Assembly: GCA_044225175.1 (NCBI GenBank)
Contig: JBGAJA010000002.1
Coordinates: forward strand, 408,991 to 472,990
Direction of reading: 5' to 3'
Source: Candidatus Omnitrophota bacterium
GTDB taxonomy: Bacteria > Omnitrophota > Gorgyraeia > Zapsychrales > Fredricksoniimonadaceae
Length of the DNA stretch: 64,000 nt
Part shown: positions 26,711-35,930 of the stretch, one piece after another
How positions within the stretch are numbered: position 1 is the stretch's first letter
Layout of the letters: every line of letters begins with the position of its first letter
The notes under the pieces: generated by a model
Database searches by the model: none
The model's input: the letters and a program-made list of their open reading frames with translations, nothing else
Told to the model about the DNA's origin: nothing
Position numbers and translations under genes: made by a program

Positions 26711-29700
26711 TTGTTTCAACGCGGGACATCATTAGGTGTACTTCTAGCTTTCTGTCTATCCTTGATTGCTCCTTATCAAACGGTTTGGGCTAAAGATGCG
26801 GGATTGATTTTGCCGAAACCCGGGGCAATGGTTAATTTAAGCCCTGCTTTTGAGCCTGTGATGATGAAGGGATTGAAGGTTGATCCGAAGAATCCGTTTC
26901 GGTTTGAATTCATTTTGGATCCAGGTGACGTAGGGGTGGGTTCTAAAACCATCCCTACGGATTTGAAAATCGAATCCACCAAATTAATCAAATATTTCCT
27001 CGCCTCTTTAACCATCCCCGAAAAAGACCTTTGGGTCAATTTATCTCCTTATGAAAAAGATCGAATGATTCCTTCCACCTTGGCCCAGACTGAGATGGGA
27101 CGTGATATGTTGTCCCAGGATTACATCCTCAAACAGCTAACAGCCTCTTTGATCTATCCTGAGAAAGAACTGGGAAAGGCGTTCTGGGATAAGGTCTATT
27201 CCAAAGCTCAAGCAATCTACGGAAGCACCCAGATTCCAGTGAACACCTTTAACAAGGTTTGGATTGTCGCAGACAAGGCAGATGTATTTGAGAGGGGAAA
27301 TGTAGCGTATGTGGTGGGGGCACATTTGAAGGTGATGCTAGAAGAAGACTATTTAGCGAATTCGAAAAATCAATTGCCAGCCAGGGGACATGTTCCGGAC
27401 AAAACCAACAGGAACGTGTCCCCCAGCACTTTGCCAAGCCATGTCGGGTTGGAAATGAAAGCAACCCAGGGACAATCACCAAACGTATTAGGAAACCAAA
27501 TCATCCGCGAAATTGTCCTTCCTGCTCTCGAACAAGAAATCAACACCGGCAAGCATTTCGCCCTCTTACGCCAGATGTTTTATTCCATGATCCTAGCCAG
27601 TTGGTACAAAATGGCGCTCAAGGATGCACTCATTTCTAAAATTTACGGCAATCAAAGTAAGGTCAAGGTGGGCATTAACCAGAAAGATATTAAAACCAAC
27701 GACGAAATCTTCAATCAATACCTGAAAGCTTACAAGAAGGGAGTGTTTAATTACATCAAGGAAGACATTTCCGCCATAGGCGGAACCGCCTCTGGCGGAG
27801 ATCACACTCGTCAACAACGTATCCCTAGGAAATATTTTTCAGGTGGAGAGCACGTTTGGCAATACCTAGATCATGCTCGGGTGGTCCATATGATCCCTAG
27901 AGGAACAAGTTTTGCAAATCAAGCCATGATTGCAGTGGTGGATATGACGCCTAAATCTAAAAATTCCGCCATGGCTTCAAAATTGACCCCTAATCAAATC
28001 ATCAATTTATTTAATCAAAAGTTTCCAGATAAGCATAAGCAGATTGCAGGGCTTCCTATTGCTGATGTTCAAAGCATAATAAATCCTACTACACAAAGAG
28101 CGTTTTATAGGGACTTTAAGAATAGAACAGAAAGAGATGGGATAGTGTTTAGCCGTTCCGCGACTAATCCTGTTTTTCTTAACAACTATATTAATCATAT
28201 TATGAAATTTGTTAAACCAGGTCAGAAAATTCTGTGTGTGGGAGAAGGCAGGGGCCATGTGGCTGCGGAATTAAAGAAAAGAGGGATAGATGTTTATGCC
28301 ATTGATCTGAGTGAGGAAAATACTGTTATTTCAAAAAGAAAAGGTGTTAACCAAATGGTTGGAGATGCCAGGGATTTACTTAAGCTGTACGGTCCAGAAA
28401 ATTTTGATATTGTGCTTTTTAGCGAATCCATAGGAGCAATGCCTATGGAGGACGTTTTAAAACAGGCCCATCTTGTGTTAAAACAAGGCGGAAATCTTCT
28501 GATCGGCGCTTATCCATCAACAGAAGAACGGGTGAAGATATCTCATCGGAGTAAATTCGTATATTATTCCACCCTTGAAATTAATGAAGCCCTCACTAAA
28601 GCTAAGTTTTCACATTTTCATCATGAACCCGTTTATGAAAATCCTGTCAATTTCTTTGATCTAGATGAAATGCCTGCAACATATCTTAATTTATTCGTAG
28701 CAACTAAACCACAAACAATGGATCTGCAATCCAGACAGGATCGTGCGATGGGAGTTCTTCAAGAAGATATTTCAAGGGAATTCTTATTGCTTCAAAGAAA
28801 AGTTCAGGAGTTACTTCAATATATTTTAATTGATGAAAATTGGGCAACATCACAACCAGTTACCTCAGAAATTTTTGAGGGGTTAGATTTAGATGCAAAC
28901 AGTCTTTTGAATGATTTAAGGACAAATGGTTATCTGAATGCAGCTAATGTCATGACAACAAAGCTTCAGGATCTTGAGTTTTCTTCCTTAATGCAATTTA
29001 CAAACCCCGTTTTTTCAGCCAAGAAATATGAGATTCACCAGAGAATTAAGAAGTTAAGACCGCTTATGGACTTTCGCGATATCACCCATCATGCTTTAAC
29101 AGGCCTTCTTTATTTTATGCTGATTTTAAGTACGGAAGACCTTCAAATCCTAGAAAAATTCAAAACAGACGAATTGGATGATATTGCGCATCTTTTATCG
29201 GGTTTGGGGGCTTCTTTAGGAAACCTTAATCAATATGAGATTCCAGGTGAATTAAGTACCAAGGATTTTATGTTTGCAACTCAATTGGGTAGGGTCGTGG
29301 GGGGGGTGCAACGAGCTTTGAAGGATCGAGTCTTTTTAGAAGAACATCAACAAGCAATCGCAGAAGTTGTCCAAAGGATTGAATTGATAAGCGAGCAAAC
29401 TAATCAAATCATTAAGCAAATCAGAGACCAGGCCATGAGTAATACCCCAGTTGATTCCACCAAACGTACAACACCAGGAGGTATTGACTTTGATCGCTCT
29501 AAAATGCAAATGAATGTGTCTAAAGAAGGCCAGGGAGTTCAAATGGATGCTCCAGCCAGAGGCAGGTCCGCCTTTGGCGGAGATCAAGCTATGATCGAAC
29601 GCATTCAGCGGGAGGGTTTTGATGGTTTAGAGTTTACTATTCGATCTCTTGAACCAGTGAAAGATTTGGAGTTGTTTTTGGGACTAAAAGAAAAGCCCCT

Positions 29701-29722
29701 AAGTCTTGCCGTTGCAAAATAA
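26711..29722 (+). CDS. Large modular exported-type protein, paralog 2 (cargo: class I SAM methyltransferase plus helical domain)
   Basis: TTG start after GAGGTG; signal-like VWA|K; shared N module; ILCVGEGRG..AIDLS..GDA..FDIV..LKQGG; GGIDFD C module. Confidence 0.85.
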   Translation: MFQRGTSLGVLLAFCLSLIAPYQTVWAKDAGLILPKPGAMVNLSPAFEPVMMKGLKVDPKNPFRFEFILDPGDVGVGSKTIPTDLKIESTKLIKYFLASLTIPEKDLWVNLSPYEKDRMIPSTLAQTEMGRDMLSQDYILKQLTASLIYPEKELGKAFWDKVYSKAQAIYGSTQIPVNTFNKVWIVADKADVFERGNVAYVVGAHLKVMLEEDYLANSKNQLPARGHVPDKTNRNVSPSTLPSHVGLEMKATQGQSPNVLGNQIIREIVLPALEQEINTGKHFALLRQMFYSMILASWYKMALKDALISKIYGNQSKVKVGINQKDIKTNDEIFNQYLKAYKKGVFNYIKEDISAIGGTASGGDHTRQQRIPRKYFSGGEHVWQYLDHARVVHMIPRGTSFANQAMIAVVDMTPKSKNSAMASKLTPNQIINLFNQKFPDKHKQIAGLPIADVQSIINPTTQRAFYRDFKNRTERDGIVFSRSATNPVFLNNYINHIMKFVKPGQKILCVGEGRGHVAAELKKRGIDVYAIDLSEENTVISKRKGVNQMVGDARDLLKLYGPENFDIVLFSESIGAMPMEDVLKQAHLVLKQGGNLLIGAYPSTEERVKISHRSKFVYYSTLEINEALTKAKFSHFHHEPVYENPVNFFDLDEMPATYLNLFVATKPQTMDLQSRQDRAMGVLQEDISREFLLLQRKVQELLQYILIDENWATSQPVTSEIFEGLDLDANSLLNDLRTNGYLNAANVMTTKLQDLEFSSLMQFTNPVFSAKKYEIHQRIKKLRPLMDFRDITHHALTGLLYFMLILSTEDLQILEKFKTDELDDIAHLLSGLGASLGNLNQYEIPGELSTKDFMFATQLGRVVGGVQRALKDRVFLEEHQQAIAEVVQRIELISEQTNQIIKQIRDQAMSNTPVDSTKRTTPGGIDFDRSKMQMNVSKEGQGVQMDAPARGRSAFGGDQAMIERIQREGFDGLEFTIRSLEPVKDLELFLGLKEKPLSLAVAK
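26930..26958. repeat. Single GTAG REP inside paralog 2
   Basis: GTAGGGGTGGGTTCTAAAACCATCCCTAC = VGVGSKTIPT. Confidence 0.85.
27384..27423. repeat. GGGGACATGTTCC/GGAACGTGTCCCC inverted repeat inside paralog 2
   Basis: 13-bp arms with one mismatch, in the variable loop after KVMLEEDYL. Confidence 0.65.
27770..27799. repeat. 30-bp TCCGCC element inside paralog 2
   Basis: TCCGCCATAGGCGGAACCGCCTCTGGCGGA = SAIGGTASGG; absent at the aligned site of paralog 1. Confidence 0.9.
29552..29581. repeat. Degenerate 30-bp TCCGCC element inside paralog 2
   Basis: CCAGCCAGAGGCAGGTCCGCCTTTGGCGGA = PARGRSAFGG. Confidence 0.85.
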
Positions 29723-29742
29723 CTCAGGGGCTTAAGCTAGTA

Positions 29743-29850
29743 TTAACTTGTTTTCTTAGGGGGATGTTTGGCGCGCCATAAATCAATGCACCATACAATA
29801 CCTAGGAAACCAGTGAAGGTTAATAACCCATAAAGGGCAACATCGGCCAT
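29743..29850 (-). CDS. 35-aa single-TM peptide (not in the ORF track)
   Basis: MADVALYGLLTFTGFLGIVWCIDLWRAKHPPKKTS*; SD AAGGAG; starts 1 nt after the stop of the 65-aa ORF. Confidence 0.6.
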   Translation of the reverse strand: MADVALYGLLTFTGFLGIVWCIDLWRAKHPPKKTS

Positions 29851-29851
29851 T

Positions 29852-30049
29852 TTATTTCTCCTTTTCTGTTGGACAAACAAAGAATCCTAGAATTCCTGTT
29901 AACCCTATGACAGTGAAAATTATTAAACGTATTGGTGGGTTAAAGTTTGGAAAAAACCAACTCGCACAAAGTGCAACCGTGGTTAGCTTAAATATATCAA
30001 AAAAAGCCTTAGCGATTAAATCACGCCTATTACGATGAAAAATCAGCAT
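29852..30049 (-). CDS. 65-aa two-TM membrane protein
   Basis: Strong SD AAAGGAGGA upstream; two hydrophobic segments. Confidence 0.7.
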   Translation of the reverse strand: MLIFHRNRRDLIAKAFFDIFKLTTVALCASWFFPNFNPPIRLIIFTVIGLTGILGFFVCPTEKEK

Positions 30050-30266
30050 AACATGTTCCTCCTTTCGTCAAAATTGGGGATCAATCAAACCCATACGTGG
30101 GGGAAACACATATGCTTGTAATTCGTTTCAAGTATAGCAATTCAGGATAAAAAGTCAACGACGGCACCCCTTTAGAAGAACAAAATTTTAATTTCCATTT
30201 TAACGAGGATTCTGATATCATTTCTGTCTTATATTACTCAAATAAACAATTAGAAGAGGGTTGAAA

Positions 30267-31532
30267 ATGCCAGCAATTAAGCCATTTAACGCAGTTTTCT
30301 ACAACAAAGAGAAGATCGAAAACCTTTCCTCAGTCATTTGTCCACCTTATGACGTTATTTCCAAAGAGCAGCAGGAAAGTTACTATAAGCAGCATCCTTC
30401 CAATTTTATTCGCCTTGAATTAGCTAAAGAAACCCCCAAAGATACAGCCAAAGACAATAAATACACCCGCGCCAAGAAAACATATGAAGATTGGCTGGCC
30501 AAGGGTGTTTTAAAGCAAGATGAAGCCTATTGCATCTACTTCTATAAGCAGGATTATCACTATTTAGGTCAAAAATATACAAGAACCGGGTTTTTGGCTT
30601 TGTTAAATCTTAATGAAGATTCCGGCGTTAAGATTTTGCCCCACGAACACACTCACTCGGCCGCTAAAACTGATAGACATACTCTTTGGACCACCCTTAA
30701 AAGCAATCTAAGTTCCATTTTTGTGGGATATAGCGACAAAATGAATGTCATTGAGAAGATGTTTCTAAAGGAACTAGCCAGCCAAAAGCCTTATTTGGAA
30801 GCTGTCGACCAAGATAAAGTCAAACATATGATTTGGCGTTTGGCTGATCCAGACAAGATTCAAATGATCGTAGATATTATTGATGGTCAAAATCTCTTTA
30901 TCTGCGATGGTCATCATCGTTTTGAAGTCGCTAGTCAAATTAGGCGTGATGCGCTAAAAAAACAAAAGAATCACACAGGTAAAGAACCATATAATTATGT
31001 GATGAGTTACTTTACTAATTTGGACTCCAAAGATCTTCAAATTTTCCCTATTCATCGTATTGTTAAGAAATTTTCTATCAGTGTTAATCTTCTAGAGCAA
31101 TATTTTCGTATCGACAAAATTAAAACTAAGACCGACTTAATGGTTCTTTTGGCCCGCGCTGGACAAAATGAACATTCTTTTGGACTCATCAAGAAAGAAG
31201 GGATGTTTCTTCTTCGCTTAAAGAGTAAGACATTAATTGATAAAGTTGTTCATGAAGGGTCTAAGGATTATAAAAGCCTTGATGCGGCAATTTTAAAAGC
31301 ATTTATTTTTGATCAAGTAGGTGTTAAATCAGAAGACATTGTATATTCTAAAGATCCTTCAGAGGTCATAAGTGCTGTCCATGAAGGTCAGGCGGATGCA
31401 GGATTCATCTTAAATCCCGTATTAATCAGCCAGCTGAAAGCCATCGCCCTTAATGATGAACGTATGCCTCCTAAGACCACATATTTCTATCCAAAGGTTT
31501 TATCAGGTTTAACCATGTACAAGATGGATTAA
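30267..31532 (+). CDS. DUF1015 family protein
   Basis: PPYDVI, PHEHT, DGHHR and MPPKTTYFYPK. Confidence 0.88.
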   Translation: MPAIKPFNAVFYNKEKIENLSSVICPPYDVISKEQQESYYKQHPSNFIRLELAKETPKDTAKDNKYTRAKKTYEDWLAKGVLKQDEAYCIYFYKQDYHYLGQKYTRTGFLALLNLNEDSGVKILPHEHTHSAAKTDRHTLWTTLKSNLSSIFVGYSDKMNVIEKMFLKELASQKPYLEAVDQDKVKHMIWRLADPDKIQMIVDIIDGQNLFICDGHHRFEVASQIRRDALKKQKNHTGKEPYNYVMSYFTNLDSKDLQIFPIHRIVKKFSISVNLLEQYFRIDKIKTKTDLMVLLARAGQNEHSFGLIKKEGMFLLRLKSKTLIDKVVHEGSKDYKSLDAAILKAFIFDQVGVKSEDIVYSKDPSEVISAVHEGQADAGFILNPVLISQLKAIALNDERMPPKTTYFYPKVLSGLTMYKMD

Positions 31533-31533
31533 C

Positions 31534-32376
31534 ATGTCCCTATTTGGAAAATCCAACTACACTTTTATCAAAGTTAAGCGTAAAGAAATCCCGACGGGGG
31601 TATGGACCAAATGCCCTGGTTGTGAATCTCCTGCTTATTCCAAAGAACTTCGCAACAATTTCAATGTATGTCCCAAATGTGGGTACCATTTGGTTTTAAA
31701 CGCTCCTGAGCGTATTGAGCATTTGATGGATGAAGGAACGTTTGTCGAGCTTGATCGAGAAATGCTTTCTGGTGATCCTCTTCATTTCGAAGGACCAAAG
31801 ACATATAAAGATAAACTCAAAGCTGATCAGGAAGCAACAGATCTCGTGGATGCGGTTATTACAGGTTATGGAAAAATTGCAGGACATAAGGCTGTTTTAG
31901 CTGTTACAGATTCTAGATTCATTATGGGTTCTATGGGTTCTGTTGTAGGGGAGAAAATTACACGTGCAGTTGAATACGCAACCAAGCATAAATTGCCCGT
32001 TATTATTATCTCAGGTTCTGGTGGTGGGGCCCGTATGTATGAGGGTGCTATTTCTCTTATGCAAATGGCAAAGACATGCGCTGCTTTAGCCAGACATGCC
32101 AAAGCCAATCAACTGTACATTTCCGTATTAACGAATCCCACCATGGGTGGGATTATGGCTTCCTTTGCAGGGGTGGGTGATATTATTATGGCAGAACCGA
32201 AAGCGCTCATTGGATTCGCAGGCCCCCGAGTTGTTGAGCAGACCATTCGACAGAAACTCCCAGCTGGTTTTCAACGCTCTGAATTCCTTTTGGCTCATGG
32301 CATGATCGATATGATTGTCGAAAGGCAAGATTTAAAGAGTGTCATTGCGCATACGATTGATTACTCAGAAAACTGA
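31534..32376 (+). CDS. accD: Acetyl-CoA carboxylase carboxyltransferase beta subunit
   Basis: WTKCPGC..CPKC, GSMGSVVGEK, GGARM, FAGPRV and FQRSEFL. Confidence 0.96.
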   Translation: MSLFGKSNYTFIKVKRKEIPTGVWTKCPGCESPAYSKELRNNFNVCPKCGYHLVLNAPERIEHLMDEGTFVELDREMLSGDPLHFEGPKTYKDKLKADQEATDLVDAVITGYGKIAGHKAVLAVTDSRFIMGSMGSVVGEKITRAVEYATKHKLPVIIISGSGGGARMYEGAISLMQMAKTCAALARHAKANQLYISVLTNPTMGGIMASFAGVGDIIMAEPKALIGFAGPRVVEQTIRQKLPAGFQRSEFLLAHGMIDMIVERQDLKSVIAHTIDYSEN

Positions 32377-32451
32377 TTGCGCATTTAGATCACAGATAAT
32401 ACAATACGCCTTTATTTGACACACCAATCTTTTCAGAAACTGATTGCTTCT

Positions 32452-33558
32452 ATGGCAAGAATCCTTATAAAAAATCTTCATAAAACATACAAAGGCAGCA
32501 TTCCAGAAGCTGTTAATAATGTTAGATTAGAAATTGCCGATAAAGAATTTTTAGTTTTAGTTGGCCCCTCCGGATGTGGAAAATCAAGTATTTTACGAAT
32601 GATTGCAGGATTAGAAGAGATCACTTCCGGCGAAATTTGGATTGATGATCGATTAGTTAATGATGTTCCTGCTAAGGACCGCAATATTGCCATGGTTTTC
32701 CAAAACTATGCGCTTTATCCTCACATGACTGTTTTTGAAAACATGGCTTTTGGTTTAAAATTGCGAGGGTATCCTAAGCCAGAAATAGAAAAACGTGTTC
32801 ATGAGGCAGCTGACATATTGGGAATTAGAAAGTATCTGGATCGACGTCCACGTCAGCTCTCTGGTGGTGAACGTCAGCGTGTTGCTTTAGGCCGGGCTAT
32901 TGTTCGTAAACCTTCCGTATTTCTTTTCGATGAACCTTTAAGTAACCTTGATGCTAAGATGCGCGTTCAAATGCGCACCGAAATCCATAAGCTCCGCTTA
33001 AAACTACAGACCACTTTTATTTACGTAACCCACGATCAAACAGAAGCTATGACGATGGGAGATCGTATTGTTGTCATGAAAGACGGTGTCATCCAACAAT
33101 GTGCTGACCCCATGAGCATTTATGACAATCCAAGTAATAAATTTGTGGCATCATTTATCGGTTCTCCTCCAATCAATCTTTTTAAGGGTCGTATCATTAA
33201 GCGTGAGAGAAAATATTATTTCGATGAGGGTAAGTTTCAGGTTAAATTGATTGAAGATATGTTTGTCAGGATGTCCAAATATGAAGGCAAGGATGTAACA
33301 ATGGGGGTTCGTTCAGAGGATATTTATGATAAACTTTTTGCTTCTGAAGCTTCTGATGACAATACAGTCAAAGCCACATGTGAAGTAGTTGAACCTTTGG
33401 GTTCTGAAGTGTATTTGTATTTAAACTCAGGCAACCATACTTTTATCGCTCGTGTCGGTGCACACGATAGACCTGAGGTCAACCGTGAGATGGACTTGGT
33501 TTTTGACATGAGTAAGGTGCATTTCTTTGACGTCCAAACCGAAGAAACCATTATTTAA
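32452..33558 (+). CDS. Carbohydrate ABC transporter ATPase (MalK/MsmX/UgpC family)
   Basis: GPSGCGKS, FQNYALYPHM, LSGGERQR and DEPLSNLDAK; TOBE-like C-terminus. Confidence 0.93.
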   Translation: MARILIKNLHKTYKGSIPEAVNNVRLEIADKEFLVLVGPSGCGKSSILRMIAGLEEITSGEIWIDDRLVNDVPAKDRNIAMVFQNYALYPHMTVFENMAFGLKLRGYPKPEIEKRVHEAADILGIRKYLDRRPRQLSGGERQRVALGRAIVRKPSVFLFDEPLSNLDAKMRVQMRTEIHKLRLKLQTTFIYVTHDQTEAMTMGDRIVVMKDGVIQQCADPMSIYDNPSNKFVASFIGSPPINLFKGRIIKRERKYYFDEGKFQVKLIEDMFVRMSKYEGKDVTMGVRSEDIYDKLFASEASDDNTVKATCEVVEPLGSEVYLYLNSGNHTFIARVGAHDRPEVNREMDLVFDMSKVHFFDVQTEETII

Positions 33559-34822
33559 GTTGTACCTTTTAGTGGTCTTTAGTTTTTTGATCCCACTCGT
33601 GGGTTTCTTTGTTTACGCCGCAAAATATCATGCGGCGTTTTTCTTTCTAGCCGCAGTACTTATCATTAATATCATTGTTTTGATTTCCTTTAATAAGCGA
33701 TTATCCAAGAAACAAGCGCACATTGTTCTGCAAAAAGAAGAGTATTTTGAAAAAGCCAATATGCTTAAGGCAGAATTAAGTAATGAGTGGCAATCCATCG
33801 AAGCTCTCCGTCATAAGATCGTTAACTACTCGCATCTTAAAGATATTACAGAAAAACTTAATATGTGTTTGAGTTTAGAGGATACTTCAAATACCCTTTC
33901 CGTTGAGGTTAATAAACTCTTTGGGCATAAAGATGTCACTGTTATTTTGTATTTATTCCATTCCAAGTTAGGGGAATTGGGGATATCTTCTTCCCAAAAA
34001 GCTCAGATGAATATTAATTTGAAAGCTAAAAGAGGAGATTTGTATGATCAATGGGTAGTCAAGACATTGCATCCTCTTTTAGTTGAAGATGCTAATAATG
34101 ATTTTCGTTTTGATGTGGATAAGCTCTCCTCAGAAGATTCACGAGAAATTAGATCCGTAATGAGCGCTCCTTTAATGGATGGCAATAAGATTCTTGGCAT
34201 CCTGCGAGTAGATAGTCCCTTGCCTCTACATTTTACAACGGATGATTTACGCTTTCTTAGGACCATAGCTGATTTAACTTCAATTGCTGTTGAAAATGCT
34301 CAGCTTTATCAACGCTTGCAGGAATTAGCCATCCGTGATGGTCTGACGGGCCTTTATTTGAGACGGTTCTTGATGAGTCGTATTGAAGAAGAAATGGCTA
34401 GAAGCTTGCGAAGTAATAATAAGCTAGCGTTCATGCTCATAGACTTAGATCATTTTAAGAAATACAACGATACATTTGGTCATACTGCAGGAGATATCGT
34501 CCTTCGCAATGTGGCCGAAATCTTGAGCGAACATTTTAAAGAACCTGGACAATTGGTTTGTCGATATGGAGGAGAGGAATTTTGTGTTCTTTTGCCTGAT
34601 TGCAGCAAAACTAAGGCCACGACACTAGCAGAAGAATTACGTGTAAAAGTTTATAATCGGCAAATTCTATTGCGCCGCCAGAAAACAAATGTATCTATTT
34701 CCGTTGGGATCGCTATCTTTCCAGAACATGGTCGCTTGAAGGAAGAACTTATCCTTAAAGCTGATGAAGCTTTGTATCAAGCGAAAAAACAAGGACGAAA
34801 CCAGGTATGCTTAGCTTCCTAA
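33527..34822 (+). CDS. Membrane-anchored GAF-GGDEF diguanylate cyclase
   Basis: Two TMs, GAF-like region, DGLTGL, DLDHFK and RYGGEEF; start uncertain. Confidence 0.88.
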   Translation: MTSKPKKPLFKLYLLVVFSFLIPLVGFFVYAAKYHAAFFFLAAVLIINIIVLISFNKRLSKKQAHIVLQKEEYFEKANMLKAELSNEWQSIEALRHKIVNYSHLKDITEKLNMCLSLEDTSNTLSVEVNKLFGHKDVTVILYLFHSKLGELGISSSQKAQMNINLKAKRGDLYDQWVVKTLHPLLVEDANNDFRFDVDKLSSEDSREIRSVMSAPLMDGNKILGILRVDSPLPLHFTTDDLRFLRTIADLTSIAVENAQLYQRLQELAIRDGLTGLYLRRFLMSRIEEEMARSLRSNNKLAFMLIDLDHFKKYNDTFGHTAGDIVLRNVAEILSEHFKEPGQLVCRYGGEEFCVLLPDCSKTKATTLAEELRVKVYNRQILLRRQKTNVSISVGIAIFPEHGRLKEELILKADEALYQAKKQGRNQVCLAS

Positions 34823-35823
34823 TCATTTTAATGATTGTTTTTGTTGGTGTTATTTTCTACTTAGTGAAGACCTTTGTCTTTCAATCTGAGCAAAATGCTG
34901 ATGAAGATGTGTTAAAGGTCAAACAGGGCCTGCAAAATATTATTGAACAAAAAGAAAAAGCTCACGCGGAAAAGGCTAAGCTTGAGAAGGAAGCCAAACA
35001 GATATTTACACTTTACGAGATTACCAAGGACATTAATCGCCAAATGAATGAAAAAGAGGCTTTTGAGCTCTTTCGTACCAAGTTAAAAGACAATATTGCG
35101 TTAGAGGACTGCCAATTGGTATCTGATTTTGGGGTAGAATCTCAGGAGAAGGTTCTTCCTAAAGATTACTCTATTTTTCCTCTTAAAAGTAAAGATGAAA
35201 ATCTTGGATATCTCATTTATAAAGGCGTCTCTCCTAAAGACATTGAGAAATTCATGATTCTAGCCAATCAATTCGCTTTGACTCTTCGCAGAAGCAAGCT
35301 TTATAAAGATGTGGAGCGCTTGGCCATTACAGATAGTTTAACTGATGTTTATACCCGAAGGTACTTCTTAGAGAGATTTGAGGAAGAAATCAAGCGCGCG
35401 GCTGCTAAGAAAATCAAATTATCCTTTATTATGTTGGATGTGGACCATTTTAAGATGGTGAATGATCAGTTCGGACATTTGACAGGAGATTATGTCTTAA
35501 AAGAGATTAGTTTAATTATTAAAGAAAATATTCGTGAGATAGATTTCGTAGGAAGGTATGGAGGAGAAGAGTTTTGTATTGTTCTTCCTGAAACAGATTT
35601 AGAAGGGGCCTTTCTTGTAGCTGAGCGTATTCGAAAATCAGCGCAAGATAGACTAATTAAAGCTTATGATGCCTCTGTTCGTATTACTTTAAGTCTTGGA
35701 ATTTCTACATTTCCATCTCACGGTAAACAAACGGATGAACTTATTGATAAGGCAGACTGGGCTCTGTATCGCGCTAAAACACAGGGACGCAATCGAATTG
35801 TGGCTTTTGGCCAATACTCATAG
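34807..35823 (+). CDS. Membrane-anchored GGDEF diguanylate cyclase
   Basis: N-terminal TM, DSLT, DVDHFK, REID I-site and RYGGEEF. Confidence 0.9.
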   Translation: MLSFLIILMIVFVGVIFYLVKTFVFQSEQNADEDVLKVKQGLQNIIEQKEKAHAEKAKLEKEAKQIFTLYEITKDINRQMNEKEAFELFRTKLKDNIALEDCQLVSDFGVESQEKVLPKDYSIFPLKSKDENLGYLIYKGVSPKDIEKFMILANQFALTLRRSKLYKDVERLAITDSLTDVYTRRYFLERFEEEIKRAAAKKIKLSFIMLDVDHFKMVNDQFGHLTGDYVLKEISLIIKENIREIDFVGRYGGEEFCIVLPETDLEGAFLVAERIRKSAQDRLIKAYDASVRITLSLGISTFPSHGKQTDELIDKADWALYRAKTQGRNRIVAFGQYS

Positions 35824-35930
35824 ATTTAAGATTTTTCAGATTTATTACTATCATCCTGCTTGAATCCTAAAGCTCTTTCAGTTAAAATATCGCATCTTAT
35901 TAAGAACTCCCCCTCAATTTAAAGGAATTT

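Noticed and set aside
29582-29593. Final DQAM in paralog 2 as another cargo boundary
   Set aside because: It lies inside the C-terminal module after GGIDF with no cargo following, so it was not counted.
17939-29722. Diversity-generating retroelement or integron as the source of paralog variation
   Set aside because: No reverse transcriptase, template/variable repeat pair, integrase or attC array is visible in the window.
32366-32447. Short direct repeat CAGAAA(A)CTGATTGC
   Set aside because: Only two imperfect copies and no supporting context.
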